This document shows positions 45,755 through 56,509 of a stretch of DNA of 64,000 nt, piece after piece (positions within the stretch are counted from its first letter, which is position 1; the number at the start of each line of letters is the position of its first letter). This stretch comes from an uncultured Gemmatimonadaceae bacterium (lineage in GTDB: Bacteria > Gemmatimonadota > Gemmatimonadetes > Gemmatimonadales > Gemmatimonadaceae). A program made the translations under genes and the position numbers. Below the pieces are notes generated by a model. That model did no database searches. It was not told the origin of the DNA and was given only the letters and a program-made list of their open reading frames with translations. The stretch lies in NCBI GenBank assembly GCA_963761305.1, contig CAVXGK010000001.1, forward strand, positions 1,088,001 to 1,152,000, read 5' to 3'.

Positions 45755-46993
45755 ATGCTCGCCGACGCGGCGGCGAACGTTCAGGACTTCTACGAGCGGT
45801 ATCCGTATCCGCCGCCAGTGGAGAGCCTCGACCGATACCGATCGCTCTGGGAGGATGGGCGGCTGCGGCGCCAGGACCACCATCTGTTCTGGCCCGCACG
45901 CCCATACCGGGACGACCACTCCATTCTCGTCGCCGGTTGCGGGACGTCGCAAGCCGCGAAGTACGCGATGCGCTGGCCCGCCGCGCGCGTCACCGGCATC
46001 GACTTCAGCGCGACGAGCGTCCGCTGCACGGAAGAGCTCAAGCGGAGGTACAACCTCGAGAATCTCCAGGTCCGCGTGCTGCCGATCGAGCGCACGGCCG
46101 AGTTGGCGACGCGCTTCGACCAGATCGTCTGCACCGGGGTGCTGCACCATCTCGCGGACCCTGCGGCGGGACTCCGTGCGCTCCGCGACGCTCTCGAGCC
46201 GGACGGCGCCCTGCTTCTCATGGTGTACGCGCCGTACGGACGTGCCGGCGTGTACATGCTGCAGGAATTCTGTCGGCGAGTCGGCATCCGTGCCGACGAA
46301 GACGGCATTCGAGACCTGGTCGCCACACTCGGCGCGCTGCCGCCGGAACACCCGCTCCGGCGTCTGCGAGAGGCGCCGGACTTCCACCACGCCGCGGGGA
46401 TCGCCGATGCATTGCTGCACCCGCACGACCACGCCTACTCGGTCCCGCAATTGTTCGAGTTCCTTGAATCGGGCGGATTGGCATTTGACCGGTGGGTACG
46501 CCAGGCGCCGTACTCACCGCGCTGTGGTCTCATGGCTCGCGTCGCCGCGAGCGGTCGGCTCCCGCAACTTGCCCCGGCGGAGCAATACGCGGCTGTCGAG
46601 CTGCTGCGGGGAACGATGGTCCGCCACAGCCTGATCGCTTGCCGAGACGACAGCCCGGATCGCGAAGCATCGCTCACCTTCGACGGTGACGCGTACCTGG
46701 ACTACGTGCCCATCCGCGCGTCGGACACCATCAGCGTGCAGGAGCGGCTGCCGGCCGGCACGGCGGCCGTGCTGATCAACCGCAAGCACGCCTGCACCGA
46801 CATCAGTTTGGCGCTCGACGAGCAGGAGAAGCGATGGTTCGACGCCATCGACGCGCGGCGCACCATCGGTGAGATCGCGCCCGTCGACGGGCATCACACG
46901 ACGAGGCGCGCGTTCGTCGAGCGGCTTTGGTGGTACGATCAGGTCGTGTTCGACGCGTCCCGCAACGCGTCCCTCACCGACTCGCCGGCGTAA
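45755..46993 (+). CDS. Class I SAM-dependent methyltransferase
   Basis: FYERYPYP, ILVAGCGT, CTGVLHHLADP, MVYAPYGR. Confidence 0.88.
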   Translation: MLADAAANVQDFYERYPYPPPVESLDRYRSLWEDGRLRRQDHHLFWPARPYRDDHSILVAGCGTSQAAKYAMRWPAARVTGIDFSATSVRCTEELKRRYNLENLQVRVLPIERTAELATRFDQIVCTGVLHHLADPAAGLRALRDALEPDGALLLMVYAPYGRAGVYMLQEFCRRVGIRADEDGIRDLVATLGALPPEHPLRRLREAPDFHHAAGIADALLHPHDHAYSVPQLFEFLESGGLAFDRWVRQAPYSPRCGLMARVAASGRLPQLAPAEQYAAVELLRGTMVRHSLIACRDDSPDREASLTFDGDAYLDYVPIRASDTISVQERLPAGTAAVLINRKHACTDISLALDEQEKRWFDAIDARRTIGEIAPVDGHHTTRRAFVERLWWYDQVVFDASRNASLTDSPA

Positions 46994-47165
46994 CGATTCC
47001 GTTCGCCCTGAGATACTCTACCATCTGTCCGTAGTGGTCTGACGAGTGCGCGAACGAATCGACGATCATGCCGAGCCGCGTGCGTTCCCACGTCCCCGTG
47101 AGCCCCGAGAACGGCGCCATCAGGTTCCCATCGTCGACGGTCGCGATGGGATAGCCTCGCGGAGA

Positions 47166-47383
47166 TCACGGCGTTCCGCGGACGAGGCTCCCGTTCCGCA
47201 TCACCGCCTCGATCCGTCGCGTGTTCCGAATGTCGGCGACCGGGTCCGCCGACAGCAGCACGAGATCGGAGCGTTGCTGGGAGCGATCGTGCCGAGCGAG
47301 TCGAGCAGCCCGAGCGCCTCGGCGCCGGTGTGCGTCGCCAGCTTGAGAACTTGGAGAGGCGGAATTCCCGCGGTCACGAGCAG
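47166..47383 (-). pseudogene. Amidohydrolase C-terminal remnant with frameshift
   Basis: LVTAGIPPLQVLKLAT...GTIAP, frameshift, then RSDLVLLSADPVADIRNTRRIEAVMRNG. Confidence 0.75.
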
Positions 47384-47432
47384 CGAACCTCGGGTGGTGG
47401 TACCAGAGGCTGTCGCGGCATGCGGGCGAATC

Positions 47433-47987
47433 TTACGCCGAAGCGTCGTCCAGCTCGAAGCGATCCAGCCGGCGCAGCTCGCGTCGTGCGGTGCGCCATG
47501 TGTACGCAGCCCAAACACTCCACAGTACGGAACAGACTACGGCGAGCGGCGCGAGTCCGCCGTTCAGCGCGAACGCCACGAACCATTGCGCCACGAGCAG
47601 GCCCAACGCGAGCCAAACCGTCGCAATGCGTTGACGCGCGCGGAGCCGCGCCACGGCGATGTAGTCCGTTGTGGTAGCGCTCGCCGGACGTTCGCGGGCA
47701 CGACGACCGAGCCAGACAAACGCCCAGGTGATGGCGAGAATGACGACGATGTCGCCGGAAATCACACGGTCCGGCCAGTCCGGCCTTAGCTCGACGGCAA
47801 ACCATGCTACGTAGATCGCGGTGACGGCCAGCTCCAGCAGTCGCCACGTGCGAGCGCGTTTCGTCTGCGCATCGACGCGAGCGCGAAGGGCTGCCGCGTC
47901 GAGCGGGGCGGACGGTGCGATGCCGCGCCACGCCATCGCCAATGCGTCCCAGTCGAACCCGCTGTCGCCGTGAGAAAGTCGAGTCAT
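47433..47987 (-). CDS. Membrane protein, probable anti-sigma factor
   Basis: Four hydrophobic segments; start overlaps the ECF sigma stop (ATGA). Confidence 0.65.
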   Translation of the reverse strand: MTRLSHGDSGFDWDALAMAWRGIAPSAPLDAAALRARVDAQTKRARTWRLLELAVTAIYVAWFAVELRPDWPDRVISGDIVVILAITWAFVWLGRRARERPASATTTDYIAVARLRARQRIATVWLALGLLVAQWFVAFALNGGLAPLAVVCSVLWSVWAAYTWRTARRELRRLDRFELDDASA

Positions 47988-48493
47988 AAATAGATGCGTA
48001 AGTGAACGGCCAGTGCCTCACGCGCGCGATTCAGTCGCACGGCTACCGTGCCGGCCGTGGTTCCCAGGACGTCGGCGATTTCCCCGTGCGACAGCCCTTC
48101 CAGACTCAACATCATCGTCTGGCGCAGAGCCGGCGAGAGCTGCTGCAACGCGGTAAGTACTTGCGCCTGCAGCGCAGCGACGGCCGACTGCTGATCCGGA
48201 TCGGGTCGAGGATCGGTGCTGTCCGCCTCCAGGTCGATCGTGACAGCCCTCCGCCGTGTCGCGGCCCGCCGCCCGTGGGTGATAGCGGTGTTGTGCGCGA
48301 TGCGGAACACGAACGTGCGTTCGCTGCAGGCCTCGCGAAAGGACGGCAGCGCGCGCCAGATCCCGAAGGCGATCTCCTGCAACAGGTCGTCGCGTTCGTC
48401 GGGATCGAGCTCATATGCCGCCACGAGCCGCCGCACGGCGCGGCCGTGCTCCGTGATCAGCCGCCCGAATCGCGCCTCGGTTGATTCTGGCAT
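47984..48493 (-). CDS. ECF RNA polymerase sigma factor
   Basis: DDLLQEI, TFVFRIAHN, EGLSHGEIADVLG...VAVRLNRAR. Confidence 0.92.
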   Translation of the reverse strand: MPESTEARFGRLITEHGRAVRRLVAAYELDPDERDDLLQEIAFGIWRALPSFREACSERTFVFRIAHNTAITHGRRAATRRRAVTIDLEADSTDPRPDPDQQSAVAALQAQVLTALQQLSPALRQTMMLSLEGLSHGEIADVLGTTAGTVAVRLNRAREALAVHLRIYL

Positions 48494-48630
48494 TCATTCC
48501 GGTTGGAGTGCGACGGAGGCTCGGCGAAGGCCACTTCCGAGGTAGTCGCGTCACCACGCCGGATCTTACGGGGCGGGTGAAGACACCGCCCGTCGTTCCA
48601 CCATCGCCGCTCCGGGGCTAGAATCTCCGG

Positions 48631-49554
48631 ATGCCGCGGGCCCCGGTCCAGGAGCTGTTCAGCAAGGCGCTCGACAAGCTGGTCGCACAGATCCAACAGG
48701 ACCGCACCGTTCTCGCCGCGATCCTGTGCGGCAGCCTGTCGCACGACACCGTGTGGGACAAATCCGACATCGACCTCGCGCTCGTCACCGTCGACGACCG
48801 CAAGACCGATGGGCGCGGCATCAGTCTGTACGCCGACGGGCTCAATACGCACGCGTTCGTCATGTCGCGGACCGAGTTTCGAAAGACCGTCGAGGGCTCG
48901 GTCGCCAATTCGTTCATGCACTCACTGCTGGCCAAGGGGCGCCTGCTCTACACGCACGACGAGAGCATTTCGCCGTTGTGGGAGCGGCTGCAGCTGATGG
49001 GCAAAAGGGATCGGCAGATCCAACTGCTACGAGCTGGCGCCGGGGTGCTGCCGCTCTTGTACAAAGCACGCAAGTGGTTCGTCACCCGACAGGATCTCGA
49101 CTACTCCGCTCTCTGGATCCTCCATTCGGCCACCGCGCTGGCGAGGGTCGAGGTGATCGGAGCCGGCCTGCTCGCCGACCGCGAGGTGCTTCCACAAGCG
49201 ATGAAGCTCAATCCGTCGTTCTTCACGACGGTCTATCACGACCTCCTCAATCAGCGAAAGACCCCGCAGTCCGTCTCGGCGGCGCTCGACGCGATTGATG
49301 GATATCTCGCGGAGCGCACGGAAGCTCTCTTTGGGCTCGTCCTCGAACACCTGCGCCAGGTCGGCGAAGCACGGTCGGCGACGGAGATCGACGATCACTT
49401 CGCGCGCAACTTCGGCCTGGGCGACGTGACCGGCGTCTGTGAGTACCTGGCGGATCGCGGGCTGCTCACGAAGGCGTCGGTGCCCGTCAAGCTCACGCAG
49501 CGCAGCAACGTCGAGGTGCAGGAGATGGCGTTTTTTCACGCGGTGAACGGCTAG
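48631..49554 (+). CDS. Nucleotidyltransferase-fold hypothetical protein
   Basis: [16 protein letters not shown] fits the GS...DxD Pol-beta superfamily motif; possible winged helix at the C-terminus. Confidence 0.7.
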   Translation: MPRAPVQELFSKALDKLVAQIQQDRTVLAAILCGSLSHDTVWDKSDIDLALVTVDDRKTDGRGISLYADGLNTHAFVMSRTEFRKTVEGSVANSFMHSLLAKGRLLYTHDESISPLWERLQLMGKRDRQIQLLRAGAGVLPLLYKARKWFVTRQDLDYSALWILHSATALARVEVIGAGLLADREVLPQAMKLNPSFFTTVYHDLLNQRKTPQSVSAALDAIDGYLAERTEALFGLVLEHLRQVGEARSATEIDDHFARNFGLGDVTGVCEYLADRGLLTKASVPVKLTQRSNVEVQEMAFFHAVNG

Positions 49555-52469
49555 TGCCGCGAAAGACGGCGAAACGCCTGGCCGAGCCCAAGCCTGCCGC
49601 GCGGACGACGATCGCCGTGCAGGGCGCGCGCGTCCACAACCTCAAGGACATCTCGCTCGAGATTCCGCGCGACAAGCTCGTCGTCGTCACCGGACTCTCG
49701 GGATCCGGAAAGTCGAGCCTCGCCTTCGACACGATCTACGGCGAAGGGCAGCGCCGCTACATGGAGTCGCTGTCGAGCTACGCCAAGCGGTTCGTGGCAC
49801 AGGTGCCGAAGCCGGACGTCGATTTCGTCTTCGGGCTGTCGCCGGTGATCTCGATCGAGCAGAAGACGATCGCGAGCAACCCGCGCAGCACCGTCGGTAC
49901 GATGACGGACATCGCGAGCTATTTGAATTTGCTCTACGCGACGATCGCGGAAGCGCACTGCCCGCGCTGCGGCGAAGTCGCGCCGACCAAGACCTCGACG
50001 CAGATCGTCGAGGCGATTCTCGGCCTGCCCGACGGCGCCGAGGTCGAGCTCCGCGCGCCCGTGTTCAAGGTCTACGGCGAGGAGCTCGACTTCGTGTTCA
50101 CCGAGCTGCGCAAACAGGGCGTGCGCCGCCTCGTCGTCGACGGCAGACACGTGGACCTGTCGGAGAACCTCGAGCTGGACAGTTCGAAAGTGAAGGAGCT
50201 GGACGCGATCGTCGACCGATTCGTCGTGCGACGGCGCAACGAGAAGGTGATCAAAGCCGGCGTGCTCTCCACGCTCATCGTCGGCGACGGGTTGATGCGC
50301 ATCGAGATCGTGAAGGGCGCGTCGAAAGCGGAGGCGGAGCGATTTCACAAGGCGACGACGAGCGCGAAGCATCACGTGCTGTTCGGCGACGTCGGTCCGG
50401 CGTACTTCGTCTTCAACCTTCCCGAGAGCGCGTGCCGCACGTGCGGCGGACTCGGCGTGCACAAGCTCACGCATCCCGAGCTGCTCATCCCCGATCCGAC
50501 GCGGAGCATCGTCGGCGGCTGTTTCGTGCGCGACGCGTTCCGCTACAACGCGGACAATTGGGACGGTCGGCTCATCTACAGTTTGTCGCGCGCGATGGGC
50601 TTCTCGATCGAGACGCCGTGGGAGGAGCTGCCCGAAGCGGCGCGCGACGCGATGCTCAATGGTCGGGAGGAGAAGTTCCCTCTCCTGTTCCCTCCCGGTG
50701 CGAAGGACAAGCGTCCCGAGTGGGTGGGCAAGGACGTCGGCTTCCAGGGCATCGCCCGACGCATCGAGCGGCACTATCGCCGGTATCGCCAGCGCGGCGA
50801 GGCCAGCTCCGGAATGGAAGCGTGGCTCGACCGCGTGATGGTAGAGCACGTGTGCCCGGACTGTCACGGTTCTCGGCTCCGCACGTCGCGGATGTCGTTC
50901 ACCGTCGGCGGCAAGACGTTGTTCGAGGTGGGCCAGCTTCACTTTGATGAGTTGCGAGATTTCCTGCGATCTCTGAAGCCCACCGGCCGCGGCGCCGACG
51001 CCGGGCGCCAGGTGATCCGCGAGATCGTCAACCGGCTCGAGCTGTTGCTCGGCATCGGCCTCGACTATCTCAACTTCAATCGACGGTCGTCGACGCTCTC
51101 CGGCGGGGAATCGCAACGCATCCGACTTTCCACCCAGATCGGCTCCGGCCTGATGGGCATGCTCTACGTGCTCGACGAGCCGAGCATCGGACTGCACCCC
51201 AAGGACAACGTGAAGATGATCGCGACGCTCGAGCGGCTGCGCGACATCGGCAACACGGTGATCGTCGTCGAGCACGACGAGGACACGATTCGCGCGGCGG
51301 ATCATCTCGTCGAGATGGGTCCTGGACCCGGCGTGCACGGCGGCGAAGTCGTCGTGCAAGGCTCGCTCGACGACCTCTTGAAATGCAAGGCGTCGCCGAC
51401 GGGCCAGTTTCTCTCCGGCAAACGCGCGATCGCCACTCCGGAGAAGCGACGCCGCGGAAATGGCATACAACTGGTCGTCCGCGGCGCGAGAGAGAACAAC
51501 CTCAAGTCGATCGACGTCGAGATTCCGCTCGGCGTGCTCGTCGCGATCACCGGCGCCTCGGGGTCGGGCAAGAGCACGCTGATCAATGAAGTACTGTACA
51601 AGGCGCTCTGGAAAAAACTCGTCGACTCGCGCACGCTCCCCGGCGCGCACGACGCGATCGAGGGAACGGAGCGCGTTCACAAGGTCGTGAACATCGACCA
51701 GACACCCATCGGACGAAACAGCCGCTCGAACCCGGCGACGTACGTCGGCTTCTACGACGCGATCCGCGACCTCTTCACGCGCGCGCCGCTGTCGGTCGAG
51801 CGCGGGTACAAGGCCGGGCGATTCAGCTTCAACGTCAAGGGCGGACGGTGCGAAGAGTGCCAGGGCGAAGGCACGATCACGACGCAGATGTATTTCATGC
51901 CCGACGTCGAGGTGACGTGCGGCGCGTGCAAAGGCGCGCGCTTCAATGCGGAGACATTGGAAGTGACGCTGCGCGGCAGGACGATCGACGACATCCTGAA
52001 CATGTCCGTGGAGGAAGGCGTCGAGTTCTTCGCGACCGAGCCGGCGATCGGAAAGAAGATCGAGGTTCTACGCGATCTTGGGCTCGGCTACCTCACGCTC
52101 GGCCAGTCGGCGACGACGCTTTCAGGCGGCGAAGCGCAGCGCATCAAGATCGCGACGGAACTGAGCCGACTGCAGCGAGCGAAGCACACCGTCTACATCC
52201 TCGACGAGCCGACGACCGGACTGCATCTGGCGGATGTGGTCAAGTTGTTGGAGTCGCTTGGCCGGTTGGTGAACGCGGGTCACACCGTGATCGTCATCGA
52301 GCATCATCTCGACGTGATCAAGACGGCGGACTACGTGGTCGACCTGGGTCCACTCGGCGGACACGCCGGCGGAGAGATCGTCGTGACGGGGACACCTGAG
52401 GACGTGGTTCGATGCCGCGAGTCGTGGACCGGACGGTTCTTGAGGAGGAGAATGGAGCAACCCCGCTGA
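49554..52469 (+). CDS. uvrA: UvrA family ABC ATPase
   Basis: [33 protein letters not shown], second GASGSGKST, Zn fingers, LDEPTTGLH. Confidence 0.93.
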   Translation: MPRKTAKRLAEPKPAARTTIAVQGARVHNLKDISLEIPRDKLVVVTGLSGSGKSSLAFDTIYGEGQRRYMESLSSYAKRFVAQVPKPDVDFVFGLSPVISIEQKTIASNPRSTVGTMTDIASYLNLLYATIAEAHCPRCGEVAPTKTSTQIVEAILGLPDGAEVELRAPVFKVYGEELDFVFTELRKQGVRRLVVDGRHVDLSENLELDSSKVKELDAIVDRFVVRRRNEKVIKAGVLSTLIVGDGLMRIEIVKGASKAEAERFHKATTSAKHHVLFGDVGPAYFVFNLPESACRTCGGLGVHKLTHPELLIPDPTRSIVGGCFVRDAFRYNADNWDGRLIYSLSRAMGFSIETPWEELPEAARDAMLNGREEKFPLLFPPGAKDKRPEWVGKDVGFQGIARRIERHYRRYRQRGEASSGMEAWLDRVMVEHVCPDCHGSRLRTSRMSFTVGGKTLFEVGQLHFDELRDFLRSLKPTGRGADAGRQVIREIVNRLELLLGIGLDYLNFNRRSSTLSGGESQRIRLSTQIGSGLMGMLYVLDEPSIGLHPKDNVKMIATLERLRDIGNTVIVVEHDEDTIRAADHLVEMGPGPGVHGGEVVVQGSLDDLLKCKASPTGQFLSGKRAIATPEKRRRGNGIQLVVRGARENNLKSIDVEIPLGVLVAITGASGSGKSTLINEVLYKALWKKLVDSRTLPGAHDAIEGTERVHKVVNIDQTPIGRNSRSNPATYVGFYDAIRDLFTRAPLSVERGYKAGRFSFNVKGGRCEECQGEGTITTQMYFMPDVEVTCGACKGARFNAETLEVTLRGRTIDDILNMSVEEGVEFFATEPAIGKKIEVLRDLGLGYLTLGQSATTLSGGEAQRIKIATELSRLQRAKHTVYILDEPTTGLHLADVVKLLESLGRLVNAGHTVIVIEHHLDVIKTADYVVDLGPLGGHAGGEIVVTGTPEDVVRCRESWTGRFLRRRMEQPR

Positions 52470-52577
52470 CGGCTGACTGCTCAGGCCGCGGCAAACGCAT
52501 CGGTCGGCTGACTGCTCGGCGATCTCGGTCGACTGGCATGTTCGCTGCTGCGACTTGGAACCCAACCGGGAGGGATC

Positions 52578-52781
52578 ATGGCGGGGTCGGAGCGCAGGAA
52601 GGAGCAGGCGAAGCCAAGGCCGAAGGGCACCGAGACAGGTCCAGATCGCGACCGCGAGCAGCGAGAGCCAAGCGAGCAGCGAGAGCCAAGCGAGCCGCTC
52701 GATGAGTTTGTGACGGACGCCGAAATCGAGGCGCGAGAGTTTGAACAGCGGAAAAGGAAGGGCCGCTCCAAATCGGGGTGA
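52578..52781 (+). CDS. Small charged hypothetical protein with 18-nt tandem repeat
   Basis: GGGAGGG RBS; GCGAGCAGCGAGAGCCAA x2.3 at 52654-52695. Confidence 0.4.
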   Translation: MAGSERRKEQAKPRPKGTETGPDRDREQREPSEQREPSEPLDEFVTDAEIEAREFEQRKRKGRSKSG

Positions 52782-52845
52782 CAGTCTTGCCCCCGACCCT
52801 TCCTTCCTCGATCATTCGGGCATCCTCCCGGGAGAGCCTGCTCGA

Positions 52846-54645
52846 GTGTCCGCTACCGCCCCTCCTTCGAACCCTTCTCGTCCCCCCACGGACGTCAGCA
52901 ATCCTCAGTACTACCATAAGGTTGTCGATTGCCAATACGCCTGTCCGGCGCACACCAACGTGCCGGAATACATCAGGCTGATCGCCCAAGGCAAATACAC
53001 CGAGTCGTACCTCCTCAACCGCGAATCCAACGTCTTCCCCGGCATCCTTGGCCGGACCTGCGACCGCCCCTGCGAGCCGGCGTGCAGGCGTGGCCGGGTC
53101 GACGGAAAGCCGGTTGCCATTTGTCGGTTGAAACGGGTCGCCGCGGATCATCGCGACGACGTCACCGAATTCCTGCCTAAAGCGCCGGCTCAGAAGAACG
53201 GCAAGCGCGTCGCGCTCATCGGCGCCGGGCCGGCATCGCTCACCGTCGCCAACGACCTCATGCCGCTCGGCTATGACGTCGTGATCCTGGAGAAGATCGC
53301 CGAGCCGGGTGGACTGATGCGGATCAACATCCCGTCATTCCGCTTGCCGGCGAGCGTGCTCGACGAAGAGGTCGGCTACATCCTCGACATGGGCGTCGAC
53401 ATCCGGTACAACTCGCCCGTCACGAGCATGCGCGATTTGTTGGCAGAGGGATTCGACGCGGTATTCGTCGGGAGCGGTGCGCCACACGGAAAGAATCTCG
53501 ACCTTCCCGGGAGAACCGAGGCCGCGGGGAACATTCATATAGGTATCGAGTGGCTCGCGTCGGCCCACTTCGGCCATATCGAGAAGATCGGCAGGCGGGT
53601 GCTCATCATCGGCGTCGGCAACACGGCGATGGACTGCTGCCGGACGTCGCGGCGGCTCGGCGGCACCGACGTCAAAGTCATCGCCCGGCGCGGACGCAAA
53701 TACTTCAAGGCGTCGCCGTGGGAGCTCGAGGACGCCGAGGAAGAGGGCGTGCACATCGTCGAGAACCATGCGCCCAAGCGCTTCATCCTCGAGAACGGCA
53801 AGCTCGTCGGGATGGAGATGGAAGTTCTGCGCTGGACCGAGGAGAACGGAAAGCAGAAGAGCGAAGTGATCGAGACGGTGGTGCTGCCGTGCGACGACGT
53901 CATCCTCGCCATCGGCCAGGAGAACGCGTTCGAGTGGATCGAGCGCGACATCGGGCTCGACTTTGACAAGCACGGGATGCCCGTGGTGGATCGCACGACG
54001 ATGATGTCGACCAAGCCCGGCGTCTTTTTCGGCGGCGACGCGGCGTGGGGGCCGGAGAACATCATCTGGGCCGTCGAGCACGGACATCAGGCCGCGATCT
54101 CGATCAACAATCATTGCCAAGGCGCGTCGCTCAGCGAGCGGCCGGCCTACGGCATGAACCTCGTCAGCTCGAAGGTCGGCATGCACTCGTGGAGCTACAG
54201 CAACGACTACAGCTCCGCGCAGCGTATGAAGATGAAGCACGAGGATCTGACCAAGCGCTTCAAGAGTCTGGGAGTGGAGGTCGAGCTCGGATTCAACGCC
54301 GAGCAGACCGCCGCCGAAGTGCAGCGCTGTCTCAACTGCGACGTGCAGACGGACTTCACGGCGAATCTGTGCATCGAGTGCGACGCCTGCATCGACGTCT
54401 GCCCGGAGAACTGCCTCACGATCATACCCGAGGCCGAGGCGGGCGCCGACATTCGGCAGCACCTCTCGGCGCCGGCGACGAACATGTCGCAGGAGATTTA
54501 CTCCTCGGCTCCGCTCCCGCAGACGAAGCGGATCATGGTGAAGGACGAGGACGTCTGCCTCCACTGCGGCCTCTGCGCCGAACGCTGCCCCACGGCCGCG
54601 TGGGACATGAGCCAGTTCGAACTGTTGATTCCATATGCCCATTAA
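52846..54645 (+). CDS. GltD-like FAD/NAD(P) oxidoreductase with C-terminal 4Fe-4S ferredoxin domain
   Basis: CQYACPAH, GRTCDRPCEPAC, IGAGPA, GVGNTAMDC, CIECDACIDVCP, CLHCGLCAERCP; start uncertain. Confidence 0.9.
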   Translation: MSATAPPSNPSRPPTDVSNPQYYHKVVDCQYACPAHTNVPEYIRLIAQGKYTESYLLNRESNVFPGILGRTCDRPCEPACRRGRVDGKPVAICRLKRVAADHRDDVTEFLPKAPAQKNGKRVALIGAGPASLTVANDLMPLGYDVVILEKIAEPGGLMRINIPSFRLPASVLDEEVGYILDMGVDIRYNSPVTSMRDLLAEGFDAVFVGSGAPHGKNLDLPGRTEAAGNIHIGIEWLASAHFGHIEKIGRRVLIIGVGNTAMDCCRTSRRLGGTDVKVIARRGRKYFKASPWELEDAEEEGVHIVENHAPKRFILENGKLVGMEMEVLRWTEENGKQKSEVIETVVLPCDDVILAIGQENAFEWIERDIGLDFDKHGMPVVDRTTMMSTKPGVFFGGDAAWGPENIIWAVEHGHQAAISINNHCQGASLSERPAYGMNLVSSKVGMHSWSYSNDYSSAQRMKMKHEDLTKRFKSLGVEVELGFNAEQTAAEVQRCLNCDVQTDFTANLCIECDACIDVCPENCLTIIPEAEAGADIRQHLSAPATNMSQEIYSSAPLPQTKRIMVKDEDVCLHCGLCAERCPTAAWDMSQFELLIPYAH

Positions 54646-56497
54646 CGATTTCGCGTTCAAGATCGGAACGGTCAACGGGACGGGGTCGGCCAGCGCGAAC
54701 GGCCTGCTCATGCAGGCGATCTTTCGCATGGGCATTCCGGTCACCGGCAAGAACGTGTTCCCCTCGAACATCCAGGGTCTGCCGACGTGGTACGAGATCC
54801 GGGTCAGCAAGGACGGCTACACGGCGCGTCCCGAGCACGTCGACCTCGTCGTCGCGCTCAACCCGGAGACCTACGCCAGGGATGTCGCCGCGGTGCGCGA
54901 GGGCGGCTACCTGCTGTACGACTCGTCATGGCCGCTCGACGACAAGTTGATTCGCGAAGGCATCACGATCCTCGGCATTCCGTTCGGCAAATTGTGCGTC
55001 GAGAACTTCGAGGGCGACCGCAATCGCACGCTGCTGCGCAACATCGTGTACGTCGGCGCGTTGGCGGCGCTGCTCGAGTTCGACATGGACGTGGTGAACG
55101 AGATGCTGCGCGAGAAGTTCGCCAAGAAGCGCGCGCTCCTCGACGCCAACTTCCGTGCGATCCGGCTCGGCTTCGACTACGCCAAGGCCAACTACGACTG
55201 TCCGCTGCCATTTCACCTCGAGCGAATGGGCGGCGACAAGACGAAAGACAGCATCCTGATCGACGGCAACGCCGCCGGCGCACTCGGCGCGGTGTTCGCC
55301 GGCGCCACGGTCGGCGCGTGGTACCCGATCACGCCCTCGACGTCGCTGATGGAAGCGTTCAAGGAATACTGCGAACGTTTCCGCGTCGACCCGACGACGG
55401 GCGAGCGCAAGTACGCGCTGATTCAAGCTGAAGACGAACTCGCGGCCGCCGGCATGGTGATCGGCGCGGGATGGGCCGGCGCACGCGCGTTCACATCGAC
55501 GGCCGGCCCGGGCATCTCGCTGATGAGCGAGTTCATCGGACTTGCGTACTACACCGAAATCCCCGGCGTCTTCTTCGACATTCAGCGCACCGGCCCGTCG
55601 ACCGGCATGCCGACGCGCACGCAGCAAGGCGACCTGCTCTCGATCGCGTATCTGTCGCATGGCGACACGAAGCACATCGCGCTCTTTCCGGCGAATCCGG
55701 GCGAGTGCTTCACGCTCGCCGTCGAAGCATTCGATCTGGCCGAGCGTTTCCAGACGCCGGTGTTCGTGGTGTCGGATCTGGACATCGGCATGAACGACTG
55801 GATGTGCCCGCGTTTCACCTGGGACGACAACTACCGTCCCGACCGAGGCAAGGTGCTCGGTCCCGCCGAACTCGAACGCGTCGAGAAATTTTCGCGTTAC
55901 CTCGACGTGGACGGCGACGGCATCGCGGCGAGAACGATCCCCGGTGCCTCACCGCGCGGCGGCTATTTCACGCGCGGCTCGGGGCACACGAAGTTCGGTA
56001 CCTACACCGAAGACGCGGCCGAATATCTGGAAGTCGTCGATCGGTTGGTGAAGAAGATGGAAACCGCCGCGAAGGCGGTGCCCGGTCCGGAGATCCGCTC
56101 CGCCGGCAAGACCACCGAGGTGGGGATCATCTCACTCGGCGGATGCCATGCGGCGGTAATGGAAGCAGTCGACAGATTGAGTGGTGGACAGGTGGACGGG
56201 TGGACAGGTGGACCGCTGGCGGTCGACTACATGCGCATTCGCGCGTTTCCGTTTGGGCCTGGCGTGCGAGAGTTCATCGAAGCGCACCCGAGGTGCTACG
56301 TGGTCGAGCAGAATCGCGACGGGCAACTGCGTTCGCTGCTCGCGCTCGAGACCGGGATTGCGCGCGACCGAATGATCTCGGTGCTGGACTACGGCGGCCT
56401 TCCGCTCACCGCCGATCGCGTCGTCGCCGGCATCGTCGGCAAGAAGGCACAGCCAGTCGGACCCGAACCGACGCGCCGCGAAGCCGCGCGCGTCTGA
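54635..56497 (+). CDS. korA: 2-oxoacid:ferredoxin oxidoreductase alpha subunit
   Basis: FPSNIQGLPT, WYPITPSTS, QAEDELAA, QRTGPSTGMPTRTQQGD, VVEQNRDGQL. Confidence 0.92.
   Translation: MPINDFAFKIGTVNGTGSASANGLLMQAIFRMGIPVTGKNVFPSNIQGLPTWYEIRVSKDGYTARPEHVDLVVALNPETYARDVAAVREGGYLLYDSSWPLDDKLIREGITILGIPFGKLCVENFEGDRNRTLLRNIVYVGALAALLEFDMDVVNEMLREKFAKKRALLDANFRAIRLGFDYAKANYDCPLPFHLERMGGDKTKDSILIDGNAAGALGAVFAGATVGAWYPITPSTSLMEAFKEYCERFRVDPTTGERKYALIQAEDELAAAGMVIGAGWAGARAFTSTAGPGISLMSEFIGLAYYTEIPGVFFDIQRTGPSTGMPTRTQQGDLLSIAYLSHGDTKHIALFPANPGECFTLAVEAFDLAERFQTPVFVVSDLDIGMNDWMCPRFTWDDNYRPDRGKVLGPAELERVEKFSRYLDVDGDGIAARTIPGASPRGGYFTRGSGHTKFGTYTEDAAEYLEVVDRLVKKMETAAKAVPGPEIRSAGKTTEVGIISLGGCHAAVMEAVDRLSGGQVDGWTGGPLAVDYMRIRAFPFGPGVREFIEAHPRCYVVEQNRDGQLRSLLALETGIARDRMISVLDYGGLPLTADRVVAGIVGKKAQPVGPEPTRREAARV
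56183..56214 (+). repeat. GGTGGACN x4 inside korA
   Basis: GGTGGACA GGTGGACG GGTGGACA GGTGGACC, encoding GGQVDGWTGGP. Confidence 0.9.
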
Positions 56498-56509
56498 GAC
56501 CGCTTCTAC

